Below, in pieces: positions 1 to 10,100 of a DNA stretch of 64,000 bases (positions are counted from its first letter, which is position 1; every line of letters begins with the position of its first letter). The stretch is taken from IMG/VR virus record IMGVR_UViG_3300025011_000016; one strand, given 5' to 3'. This stretch comes from a virus. Its lineage: Duplodnaviria > Caudoviricetes. The notes beneath the pieces are model-generated. The model worked only from the letters and a program-made list of their open reading frames with translations, searched no databases and was not told the origin of the DNA. The position numbers and the translations under genes were made by a program.

Positions 1-111
1 CCAGAGGATGCTAATAATATGTCAATAAGTGAAATATTCGAACGTCTTGAACGAACACAAGAAACTGCTTCCAATGAATTATCTATTGGTGATATTTTAA
101 AAATTAGTTAA
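1..111 (+). CDS. 3' end of a hypothetical protein (partial at window edge)
   Basis: Open frame from base 1 to TAA at 109-111. It ends LSIGDILKIS, similar to the LRVGDIV / LKSGDVV motif of the next two ORFs. Confidence 0.55.
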   Translation, partial: PEDANNMSISEIFERLERTQETASNELSIGDILKIS

Positions 112-137
112 ATATAAAAAAGGAGGAAAATAATATT

Positions 138-476
138 ATGAGTAAATTATATACGTTAAAACAAATTCGGGAATTTGCAAAGGTGTACCTTCAACCAGAA
201 TCTGAAACTGATAAATGTCGTGTTGTAGAAAATTCTCGTTTAAAGGTTTTTCTATGTGCCATTGCCGTAGATGATATAATTGATATTTTTCTAGATAATT
301 ATTTACGAGTGGGTGATATTGTTGTCAATAACGATGGTGTTAAAGGTATTATTATCACAAAAGATCATGATACTATAACCGTAAACTATGGAGATAATTC
401 TTGTATTATATATAGGGATATAGATGAAATAACCAAAGTGCAACATACCGTCAAAATGAGGAGTTTAGTGAAATGA
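138..476 (+). CDS. hypothetical protein (paralog of 473..832)
   Basis: AGGAGG RBS. Shares YTxxQIxxxAxxxLxP, ENxRLxxF and GDxV motifs with the next ORF. Confidence 0.8.
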   Translation: MSKLYTLKQIREFAKVYLQPESETDKCRVVENSRLKVFLCAIAVDDIIDIFLDNYLRVGDIVVNNDGVKGIIITKDHDTITVNYGDNSCIIYRDIDEITKVQHTVKMRSLVK

Positions 477-832
477 AAGACAAAACTTATACTATTGAAC
501 AAATAAAATCATATGCTGCGTATTGGTTAAAACCAGCAACTTGTTCTGATGTTAAAGATAGTGTTATTGAAAACGAACGATTGCAATCTTTTATACACTA
601 CATTGACATGGAAGACGATAGTTCAAATATCGATAAGGTCTTAGAGAAACAATTAAAATCTGGTGATGTTGTATATGATCCAAATAATGTTATCGGAGTT
701 GTTCGCACTATATATGGTAACGGTAGAGTCTCTGTGCAACAATTATCAGGGGATACAATTATTCAATGTTCATATGATACCCCAAAAGTATTATCTAAGT
801 TAAATCCTTTATTCACAGGAAAATTAAGATGA
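473..832 (+). CDS. hypothetical protein (paralog of 138..476)
   Basis: GAGGAG RBS, ATGA overlap with the upstream ORF, shared motifs. Confidence 0.8.
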   Translation: MKDKTYTIEQIKSYAAYWLKPATCSDVKDSVIENERLQSFIHYIDMEDDSSNIDKVLEKQLKSGDVVYDPNNVIGVVRTIYGNGRVSVQQLSGDTIIQCSYDTPKVLSKLNPLFTGKLR

Positions 833-1425
833 TTGAAAAAGAGATTAAGGTTCTAAATATTGATAAAACTACTATTGAGACATTATTGATATCTAAAGGT
901 TGTGCGTTATGTAAGGATGAGATTCAAGAGAATATTACCTATAGGGGAGATAGTTTAGGTTCCATACGATTGAGGAAAACTACATCTTCATTAACTGGTA
1001 ATGTATCATATGAATTAACTCGGAAAACTGATATTGAGAAACTTGATAATGAAGAATGTGTAATGCAAAATGAAAAGAGTATTGATATATCTGAACAAGA
1101 ATTTTGTACTGCTCAAAAACTATTTAACTGTATAGGTTTAATACAGGGAATTAGAGGAAAGAAACATCGTAGAAGTTTCCATTTAAATGGATTCTTATAT
1201 GAAATTGATAAATGGGTAGATGAAATTCTACCCATTACCTATTTAGAAGTAGAAACTCAAAATCCGAATTTAAGAATTATTAATGGATTAAAACAAATTT
1301 GGTCTGATGATGAAATTGCTACATTAGTTATAAGCACCGATGGTATTGGTACATTAGTTAAAATTCATAAGAATGTTGGAATTGAAGCTTATATTGAATC
1401 CCTTATGGTATTTCGTAGATCATAA
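829..1425 (+). CDS. CYTH-superfamily protein (class IV adenylate cyclase / triphosphatase-like)
   Basis: N-terminal ExExK (IEKEIKV), IRLR, K.R, IDKW and YLEVE match the CYTH pattern. Confidence 0.75.
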   Translation: MIEKEIKVLNIDKTTIETLLISKGCALCKDEIQENITYRGDSLGSIRLRKTTSSLTGNVSYELTRKTDIEKLDNEECVMQNEKSIDISEQEFCTAQKLFNCIGLIQGIRGKKHRRSFHLNGFLYEIDKWVDEILPITYLEVETQNPNLRIINGLKQIWSDDEIATLVISTDGIGTLVKIHKNVGIEAYIESLMVFRRS

Positions 1426-1437
1426 GTAAATAATATT

Positions 1438-1447
1438 TATATATTAT
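1438..1447 (+). promoter_or_regulatory. early-type promoter motif TATATATTAT
   Basis: The exact 10-mer also occurs upstream of genes at 5609, 7152, 9242, 15822, 16615, 18833, 24910, 62642 (+) and 23521, 58720, 59474 (-). Confidence 0.6.
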
Positions 1448-1527
1448 TAATGTGAAAGGAGGTCATTGATGATAATATTTAAATACTCCAGTGTGATAAA
1501 ATAATATGAAGAAAGAAGGGAACCATA

Positions 1528-4500
1528 ATGGCAGTAACACCACCAAAGAAAGTGGTCCCAAATTTATCATTGAAAGAAACATTGCAAGAGAAGGAACAAT
1601 TATATCATGGTAAAGATGATATATTCGGAATGACATTACTTACCAATCCAGGGTATATTAGTGCATCTCGAAACATTATGTTTACTTCTCATTTAAGACA
1701 ATTCGTAAATTTGAATAAACCGGATTTCCCAAAAGTATTAACGAATTATGAAAATCTTGTTGGTAAACATTCAACTGGATATTTCAAACCTAAGAATGAT
1801 TTAATCGTTGTGGATAAGATACCCAAGTTTAATGATATAAATGATGCAAATCATTTATATCTATTATTCTTATATGATAAGAAGACTAATACTTACTCCG
1901 TTATACAGAAAAAGATCGTTGAAGATCTAACAGAGAAGTTTGGTTTTAAATATAAGAATGATCTTATGGATTCTAAATCTATCGGAGATAAAATACAAGG
2001 AGGTAAAACATTATATTCATCCACATCATATGATGAAGATGATAATTATAACTATGGTAGAAATATTAAGTTTATGTATCTACTTGAAAACAATACTATT
2101 GAAGATGCCATAAAGTGCTCTGAATCGTTATCTAAAGAAATGACTTCGACTGAGGTTGAAACTGTAAAGATATCATTCAATGATAATGAAATCATGTGTA
2201 ATCTTTATGGCAACAATGATGAATACAAAGGTTTTCCAGATATTAATGAAAGGGTTAAAGATAAGATCATATGTGCCAAAAGAAGAATTCATAACAATCA
2301 ATTATTATTCGATCTAAAGAAATCAAATCTACGTAAGATTAATTTTATGTCAGATAACTTATTCTTTATTGATGGAAAGATTGTTGATATTACTATCTAT
2401 TCAAATAAACCTATTGGAGAAATTGAAGATAATATCTTTAATCATCAAATGTTAAAATACCTTAAAATGCAAAAAGAATTTTATACTAAAGTTTTAGATA
2501 GGTGTAAAAAGATAATTGCATCTGGAGCTAAATATTCAAATGAAATAAATTTCTATTATAAGAAAGCTAAGAATATATTAGACGATAATTACATGTACAA
2601 GGAAGAAGATAACAGTGTATTTAGTAATATGGTTATTGAATTCCTTGTTGAACGAGAAGTTCCTTTATCAGTAGGACAGAAGATTACTGGTCGTTACGGT
2701 AATATAATTGCTGTATTTTCTTTAATTGTCGGGGATATCCTTATAGCTTAAACTACTATTAGTAACAAGTTTAAGATTGGACAATTCGCAGCCAAGATTG
2801 TTAATAAACAATAAGGTTCAACGACTAGAGTGAAAACTCGTAGATTCGAAAGAATTGAAATGGGAAAACGATAGATTTTAATCTATTGAAGATATAGTCT
2901 AATATCCTAATGGAAGTTAGGGAAGTTCATAAGAGAACTGCATTATATAATAATGTGAATACTTGAATAAAGGTATTATAAGTCAGATCATACCAGATGA
3001 AGAAATGCCATTTCTTGAAACTGGTGAACGTGTCGATTGTATATTCAACTCCCTAAAATTTTGGGGCTTTATGTAGTGATATATAATGAAAACTACTTTA
3101 ATTGCGGGAAAATTCTTATGGCTTTATAATATAAAGATTGGACAATCCGCAGCCAAGATTGTTAGTAAACAATAAGGTTCAACGACTAGAGTGAGAACTC
3201 GTAGATATTAATATCGAAATTGGTAGAATCTTCTATATAGAAGATTATGAGATAGTCTGGTATCCTATATAACTATAGGGAAGTTCATAAGGGAACTGCA
3301 TTAATTAATAATTACTGTGAACACAACGAGGTGTGATAAATCGCTTAACTGAGAAGGTCCGGGCGATGTAAAACCTTTCTAATTGCGGGGACATTTGTTA
3401 ATTTCAATTTACCAAGTTAATATATTAATGGCTTAGTCCAATCAACTAAGGTATGGTAATAAGAATTGAAATTGAGTAATCCGCAGCCAAGATTGTTAAT
3501 AAACAATAAGGTTCAACGACTAGAGTGAAAACTCGTAGGTTTATTTATAAGCCGAAACGGAAGGCTGGTAATACTTAATATTATTAGAAGATATAGTCTA
3601 AAACATTTGTGAACTCATTTCAGTTATATGAGCAGTCAATAAATTTTATATGTAATCGCATAAGAGAAAGAATTGCGATAACAGAAGATATCTCTATAAA
3701 AGAACAAATGGTATTTAGTATTGTGGGTCATTTTAATCCTGAAGAACAAAGAAGACTTAGGATATATTATGATAAGTTATCAGATAATGGTAAGGATCAT
3801 TTCTTCGATGATATAGTCAAGCAAGGTATCTATATACACATTCCTCCACTTTGGGAAGACGTATGTTTATTCGATAAACTAAGAGCAATATATGCTGAAT
3901 TCACATGGATAAAACCATACTCAGTTTATGTGAATAAATTTGGAAGAAAGATCAAAATGATGAAGGATTTAATTGTCGGAGAAATGTATGTTCTTAAATT
4001 AAATCAAACTTCAAAGAAAGGTTTTTCAGCCAGATCCACTGGTTCGTTATCGAAGAGAGGAATTCCTATTTATTTATATGGGACTATATAGAGTAATCTA
4101 TATTGTGAAAACATTTTAATTGACGGGAAACTCCTTAGAACTTCTTAATTGAAGATTGGACAATCCGCAGCCAAGTCTCTTATAATAAGAGAAAGGTTCA
4201 ACGACTAATTTAGAGCTCAAGTGAGTGGATGAGAATCCTTTTAAATCAAAATAAATGTCATCCGTAAAAATAATAAATAACGGATGGTGATATAGTCTTG
4301 TATCCTATATAGTTATAGGGAAGTTCATAAGAGAACTGCATAGATTAACGACCTATGTGAAAGTATCGGAGAAATCAAATAAAGCAAAAACCCATCAAGA
4401 ATTATATCCACATACGCCTCAATTTGTAGGGGCTGTTGTATAGTAATATATAATGAATCTTTCTTAATTGACGGGAACCTTCTTAGAGCCTTATTTACTA

Positions 4501-5552
4501 AACTATAAGTATTATAGTGGCCAGAATAATTAACTGGGTATAGTAATAAAAATAAGGATTGGATAATCCGCAGCCAAGATTCTTATATAAGAATAAGGTT
4601 CAACGACTATCGAAAGCTTTTAATTAAGTTAGTAGAGTAAGCTCACAAGTCAATAATGGTGAGTTAAAACAGAAAGCTCCTAGAAATAGGATAAAGATAT
4701 AGTCTGCTATCTCAAGGAAACTTGAGGAGTTCATAATGGAACTGCATAAATTGACGATTTATGTGAACAAAAAAGGATACGAATTGGAGATTACTTATAT
4801 AGTTTCCCTGCATAGTAATATGCAGTTTAACAACTCTTTTAATTGACGGGAAACTCCTTAGTGCTTTATAATATAAAGATTGGACAATCCGCAGCCAAGC
4901 CTCTTTATGAGAGAAAGGTTCAACGACTAGAGCATTGCTCATAGATTTACAAGTTAATGGTAAGTCGAAATGGAGAGCTCTATTAATAAACTTTATTAAT
5001 AGATGAAGATATAGTCTGCACCTTAAAGAAATTTAAGGACAATCTTTTGAATTGTAATACATGTTACGAATGTATTTAACATATTGGCAGGAAAATATTA
5101 ACAGTATGATAGGTGTCGATCCAGACATCATAGCTAAACTACATTTATTCTATAGGTCTTCAGTTGTTGGAAGAAGAAACTTAGGTGAAACTTTGGCAAC
5201 TAGACTTAAGTTATTAAATGATTTTAAGTATTCTGCGGAATTCAAAAATAGAAATGTTGAAATTTTACAGGCATATTTAAAAGCTATGGGCGTAAAGATT
5301 GTATTTGAAAATGAGAATATGTATATTGAAATCTATACTGATCAGTTAGAAGAATATTCATCTGAGGGTAGGATATATATATGTACTAAACGTGAGTTTG
5401 AAGCCGTTCAGAGAGAAGCAGAAGTTCGCAGAGAGTTCCGTGAGGATAAGTGCTTAGTGGGAACTCATGCTGAAGTTGAAGCTATTATTCAAGCTCGTAT
5501 CAGCGATCTAAACAAACGAGATACTCATTATGTAATTGACATAAATTTATAA
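1528..5552 (+). CDS. rpoB: phage multisubunit RNA polymerase beta subunit, C-terminal half; 7 exons, about 755 aa after splicing (probably the non-virion enzyme)
   Basis: Exons 1528-2700, 2966-3054, 3329-3345, 3610-4067, 4369-4419, 4777-4791, 5088-5552 total 2268 nt, in frame. Joining restores GQKITGRYG|NKG, FNSL|GVINRL|N, SARSTG and TP|IRIGD|QE, matching beta motifs GDKxxGRHGNKG, NPLGVPSRMN, HARSTG and RFGEME. Confidence 0.9.
2701..2965 (+). ncRNA. group I intron, ORF-less (beta-C intron 1)
   Basis: 5' exon TACGGT|, IGS ATTGCTG. Core AATTGTCGGG / ATTCGCAGCCAAG / GTTCAACGACTA / AAGATATAGTCT. Ends ...AATACTTG. Confidence 0.9.
3055..3328 (+). ncRNA. group I intron, ORF-less (beta-C intron 2)
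   Basis: CTCCCT|AAAA pairs with TTTTGGGG (U-G at the splice site). Full P/Q/R/S. Ends ...ACACAACG. Confidence 0.9.
3346..3609 (+). ncRNA. group I intron, ORF-less, apparently lacking P9 (beta-C intron 3)
   Basis: ATCGCT| pairs with IGS GGCGAT. Full P/Q/R/S. Only about 10 nt (AAAACATTTG) separate S from the inferred terminal G. Confidence 0.75.
4068..4368 (+). ncRNA. group I intron, ORF-less (beta-C intron 4)
   Basis: TTCCT|AT pairs with ATGGGA. Full core. Ends ...AAGTATCG. Confidence 0.9.
4420..4776 (+). ncRNA. group I intron, ORF-less (beta-C intron 5)
   Basis: GCCT|C pairs with GGGGC. Full core with a longer P5 extension. Ends ...AAAAAAGG. Confidence 0.85.
4792..5087 (+). ncRNA. group I intron, ORF-less (beta-C intron 6)
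   Basis: GGAGAT|T pairs with AGTTTCC. Full core. The 3' site is G5087 (gives RIGDQE) or, less likely, G5090. Confidence 0.8.
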
Positions 5553-5582
5553 GGTGTGTTTATCACACCTTATTCTTTTTTT
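5550..5582 (+). terminator. intrinsic terminator after the beta-C gene
   Basis: AAGGTGTG-TTTAT-CACACCTT followed by a T tract. Confidence 0.75.
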
Positions 5583-5693
5583 ATTTCCGTATATATAGGA
5601 TTTATAAGTATATATTATAATATTAATAAACCTAAGAGTGTAAGTTAAGTTATACATATAAAGAGATATTTAGAAGGAGAGGAGAAATTTACT

Positions 5694-6518
5694 ATGATCC
5701 TTAAGAAAAATCTATTACCTATTATTAATACAACTGGAATTGCAAAGGTTATTGTGGTTGCTACTCAAAAAGGTGGATCTGCTAAGACAACATCTACATG
5801 TAATCTAGCTGTTGCTATGGCGGAACGAACAGGTAAACGAGTTGCCATAATTGATTTCGATCCACAAGGTCATGTTAGTACAACTTTTGGATATGATAAG
5901 ACAGCATATAAATCTACAATATATGATGTCCTTATTGGAGATCAACCATTAAGTTCAATCCGAGTAAAAACCAAATATGGAGTAGACATATATCCATCTA
6001 ATAGGGAACTTGCCAATATTGAACATGAAATCATCTTAAACAGAATTATGTTTCCAAGAGACAAGTTTGTGCTTAGAAATGTTATTGATGATATAAAACA
6101 TAGATATGATTATATCTTCATTGATACACCACCGAGTTTAAGTTTGATAACATTAAATGCTCTAGTGGCGGCAGATGAAATTCTTATTCCTGTCCAAATG
6201 GAACCATTGGGTGCTGACGGTCTAGTTGAATTGTTAGAAACTATAAGTTCAATAGTTAGACAATACAATCCCGATATTGTTATCAAAGGGGTTATTGGTA
6301 CTATGCTCGATAGACGAGCTAAGTCTATGGTTACTCAACTTGTCCAGGATATAAATATGTTCTGTGACAAAAATAAGATTCATATCTGTGAGACTTTCGT
6401 TAGGAGAGCGCCACGAATGTCTTATATTGGCGGTATACCTGTTATCTTAGGTGATCGTAAATGTGAAGCCGTTATGGATTATAAAAAAATATTAGAGGAG
6501 CTGTTCTGTTATGAGTAA
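5694..6518 (+). CDS. parA: ParA/Soj-family partitioning ATPase
   Basis: Deviant Walker A (KGGSAKTT), AIIDFDPQG, YIFIDTPP, ALVAADEILIPV. Confidence 0.9.
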   Translation: MILKKNLLPIINTTGIAKVIVVATQKGGSAKTTSTCNLAVAMAERTGKRVAIIDFDPQGHVSTTFGYDKTAYKSTIYDVLIGDQPLSSIRVKTKYGVDIYPSNRELANIEHEIILNRIMFPRDKFVLRNVIDDIKHRYDYIFIDTPPSLSLITLNALVAADEILIPVQMEPLGADGLVELLETISSIVRQYNPDIVIKGVIGTMLDRRAKSMVTQLVQDINMFCDKNKIHICETFVRRAPRMSYIGGIPVILGDRKCEAVMDYKKILEELFCYE

Positions 6519-7092
6519 GAAAGAAAAAATGCAACGTAGTACGTTAACACATTCACTTGAGCCGGTTGAATCACAAGGCTTTGATGACGAAGATTCTATT
6601 AGAAATGAGGAGGAAACTGCAATGAACAAAATTACCGAGGGAGAACAATCTAAACCGGATGGGAATATTGAAAATTTAATCGGGAGTATCAACAAAGAAG
6701 AAATCACTAGTGATAGTCAAATAAATGAAGTTTCAGGCACTACGGATGATAATGATCAACGTGTCCGTGTTCAATTACCCGAAAACGCGCTATATGATCA
6801 CAATGCAAAACAAGTGGTTGCCTTTGATTGTAGAGTTGGCGTTATATTGAATGGTGTGGAATTCAATCCAGAACAAATTGTTCAGAGAATATGGGATAGT
6901 ATCGAACGAAAAAGACTTGAGGGAATTAACGAGCCGCCCCGTATCATTCAATGGAAAAATAAACGTGAAGTCGAAAAGCCTAAACTAATAATTATTCCGG
7001 ACGTTCCTAAACAGGTATCAAAACCTGTAGTTACTCATAAGCCGGGTGCAGCTATATCAGCAATTGGAAGACAATTCGGAATGATGATTTAG
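6511..7092 (+). CDS. hypothetical protein translationally coupled to ParA
   Basis: 8-nt overlap with the parA stop. Acidic low-complexity N-half. No ParB motif recognised. Confidence 0.75.
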   Translation: MSKKEKMQRSTLTHSLEPVESQGFDDEDSIRNEEETAMNKITEGEQSKPDGNIENLIGSINKEEITSDSQINEVSGTTDDNDQRVRVQLPENALYDHNAKQVVAFDCRVGVILNGVEFNPEQIVQRIWDSIERKRLEGINEPPRIIQWKNKREVEKPKLIIIPDVPKQVSKPVVTHKPGAAISAIGRQFGMMI

Positions 7093-7100
7093 CAAATTAA

Positions 7101-7130
7101 TAGGAGGATTTTACAGATCCTTCTTTTTTT
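7101..7130 (+). terminator. intrinsic terminator after the parA operon
   Basis: GGAGGAT...ATCCTTC followed by a T tract. Confidence 0.7.
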
Positions 7131-7186
7131 TCTCTTAATATCAAATTTAAATATATATTATATAGTTGGATTAAAAAATATATGGG

Positions 7187-10100
7187 GTGAAAGATATGGA
7201 TAAGCAAAATATAATATCACAATTAAGTGATATTCATCAAAGGTTATTAGAAAAAGAAGATTTTGTTGATACTATACAGAGACTAGAATTAATGAAGATC
7301 AATAGACTTATCAATTATCTTTTATATGCAATTACTGAATATGATCCAGATGACAAATTAATACTTCAATTATTAATAAGGATATTGCAAAATATCTTTA
7401 ATAATAGTAGTGAAATATCTCCTGTGACCGATGAGGATTATGATAAATTATATGAGTTAAACAGACAATTTAATAATGAAGAAATTGTTGGATCGTCTTT
7501 TAATAAATCCAATAAGATAATTTCAAGTCATAAATATCCTGATTTGAGAGGAACTCTAGATAAGGTCCATTTCATTAGAATTAAAGATAAGGGTAAAGAC
7601 AAACGAAGATCTATAGAAGATTTTATTAATACTGTAGAAAATAAAATAGGCAGATCTTTAACTAAGGATGAATCATTCGCCTATCTATTTCCTAAATGGG
7701 ATGGTATATCATGTATATTCGAATGTGATGAAAATGGTAATACCGATAAGGCATTATCTAGAGGTGATACTGATATAAATGAAGCGGTCGACTGGACTAA
7801 ATTGTTTAAAGGATCTAATTTCAAGTATGTGTTCGGTAATGATATAAATAGATTATTTGGTTTAAAAACAGAGATTGTAATGAGTCGTTCAAATTATAAA
7901 TTAATATGTGAAAAAGAAGGAGATCTTAAAAGTCCAAGGAGTGCCGTATCGTCTATATTAACTTCATTAACTGGTGACACATCGAATTTACCATATCTAA
8001 CTATAATACCTTTACAGACTCAGGAGTTTGAAACTAAATCTATATATACTCCAACTATAGTATATGATGAGTTTCCATACAGTGGAGGATATTTAAACAA
8101 TTTAGATGAGATCGAATTAAGAATGTTGGAGTTAAGAGAACGTATTTATACTGAAATGGATATAGATACAGATGGTGTGGTTTTTCGTTTAGCTGATCCA
8201 TATATACAAAAACTATTGGGTCGGGAAGATAAGATAAATAAATATGAGTTTGCATATAAATTCCCTCCAGAACAAAAGAAAACTATAATTAAAAATGTTA
8301 ATTTCTCAGTTGGTCTTTTAGGTTCAGTGCGACCAGTAGCAGTAATAAAACCTGTTACAATAAAAGGTAATACTATAACCAATATATCATTGGGTTCTAT
8401 AGATAGATTTGAAGAATTGGATTTAAGATTAGGTGATGAAGTTATAATAAAATATGATGTTATACCATACCTATCAATAGATTCAACATGTAGAAAAGGA
8501 GATGGGACTAAGTTTACAACTCCAACAAAATGTATATATTGTAAGGAAGAATTAGTTAAAGATCCCATATTGAAATGTATTAACGAAAAATGTAATTGTC
8601 GAATTATAGGTAAGATTCTAAACTATACTAGTAAGATGAGTATTTCAAATATGGATGTTGGAACAGTAACCACTTTATTTGAAAATAAGTTATTACGATC
8701 TATTGGTGATCTATATAAACTCAAAGATCATAAATCTGATATAGTTTCATTAAGTGGTTTTGGTGAAAAATCCTTTAATAATATTATTAAAGGTATTGAT
8801 TCAAGACGAGATGTTTATGATTATGAGTTATTGGGTTCATTGGGTATTACAGATATAGGTAGGAAAATGTTTAAGCGAATTTTAAATATATATTATATTG
8901 ATGAACTTATAGATTCAAGTACATGAGTCTCATTGCATAGTGATATGTAATAGTAATTACTTTAATTGCGGGGATCTCCTTAGAACTTAAAACACTCTAA
9001 AGTAATAATGTTTAAGATTGGACAATCCGCAGCCAAGATTCTTAATAAAGAATAAGGTTCAACGACTATCCCAGTGGATGTGAAATTCATCATTAGGAGT
9101 AGGGCTCAAGTGAGTTGGGTGAAATCCCATTAAATCGAAATGAGTAACCCCATTATAAACCATTATAATGGGTGAAGATATAGTCTGTGCTTTAAGGAAA
9201 CTTAAAGATATAACTTAATCGTAAGTCCTAAAAATTTCATTTATATATTATTACTATGATACTAACAAATAATATAAGAAAGGAGGTGAATTAAATTGAT
9301 TAAAACTTTTAAAACAAGAATACGACCGACGAAAGAACAAGAAGTATATTTAAACAAATGCTTTGGATACAGAAGGTTTATATATAATAATGCTTTAGAA
9401 TACTTTAATACGATCTTAGAATTCAATGGTAATAATCTGGATAAAACATTAAAGAAGTTCTTTAATAAGTTTGATTATATCACTAATATATATTCTAAGA
9501 AAGAAAAAGAACCTGAACTGGAATGGACTAGGGAATATAATAAAAACATAAAGGATCAGGTATCTAGTGATTTTAATATAGCTGTTAATAGATTCTTTAA
9601 CGATATTAAAAATAAGAAGCGATGTAAACTTCATTTTAAAAGAAAGATCCATGGAAATGGGTCTTTTAGAATATACAATAAAAATAAAGGTAATGTTAAA
9701 ATTCTTGATAAAAACATATTCTCTTTTATTATTAATAGAGAATATGGTCATATGTCATTAAAAACATATGAAGATATAAGCTTTTTATATCATCATGATA
9801 TAAAAACTATGTCTATTCGTATGAAGAATTTTAAATATTATGTTTCATTCACCTATGAATTGGACATTCCAAAGCATGATCATGAGAAAGACATCATAGG
9901 TATAGACTTAGGGATACATAATCCAGTAGTTTGTTTTGATGGAAAAGATGTCATAGCTCCTAAATTTCCGAAAGGAATTATTAAGAGACTAGAGAAGAAA
10001 GTCGATAAGTTTTCAACGATAGTTTCTAAGAAGAAATATGATAAACGTAATCCATCAAAGAACTATATAAAAGCGAGAACCAAGCTTAATGATATTTATA

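Noticed and set aside
4712-4942. 76-aa minus-strand ORF
   Set aside because: It is antisense to intron 5, the 15-nt exon and intron 6, and has no RBS.
5061-5087. ATG 5061 (and similar starts at 3609, 12778, 26746, 27460, 28253, 32670, 39760, 41954, 56967) as real translation starts
   Set aside because: Each is either inside an intron 3' end or internal to an exon, and none has an RBS.
1528-5552. Fragmented RNAP, polymerase, portal and terminase ORFs read as pseudogenes, frameshifts or stop-codon reassignment
   Set aside because: Fragments are separated by complete introns, change frame across them and re-join exactly. Uninterrupted genes end at normal TAA/TAG/TGA stops.
6511-7092. Calling the ParA neighbour ParB
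   Set aside because: No GxxR CTP-binding box or HTH was recognisable, so it is left as hypothetical.
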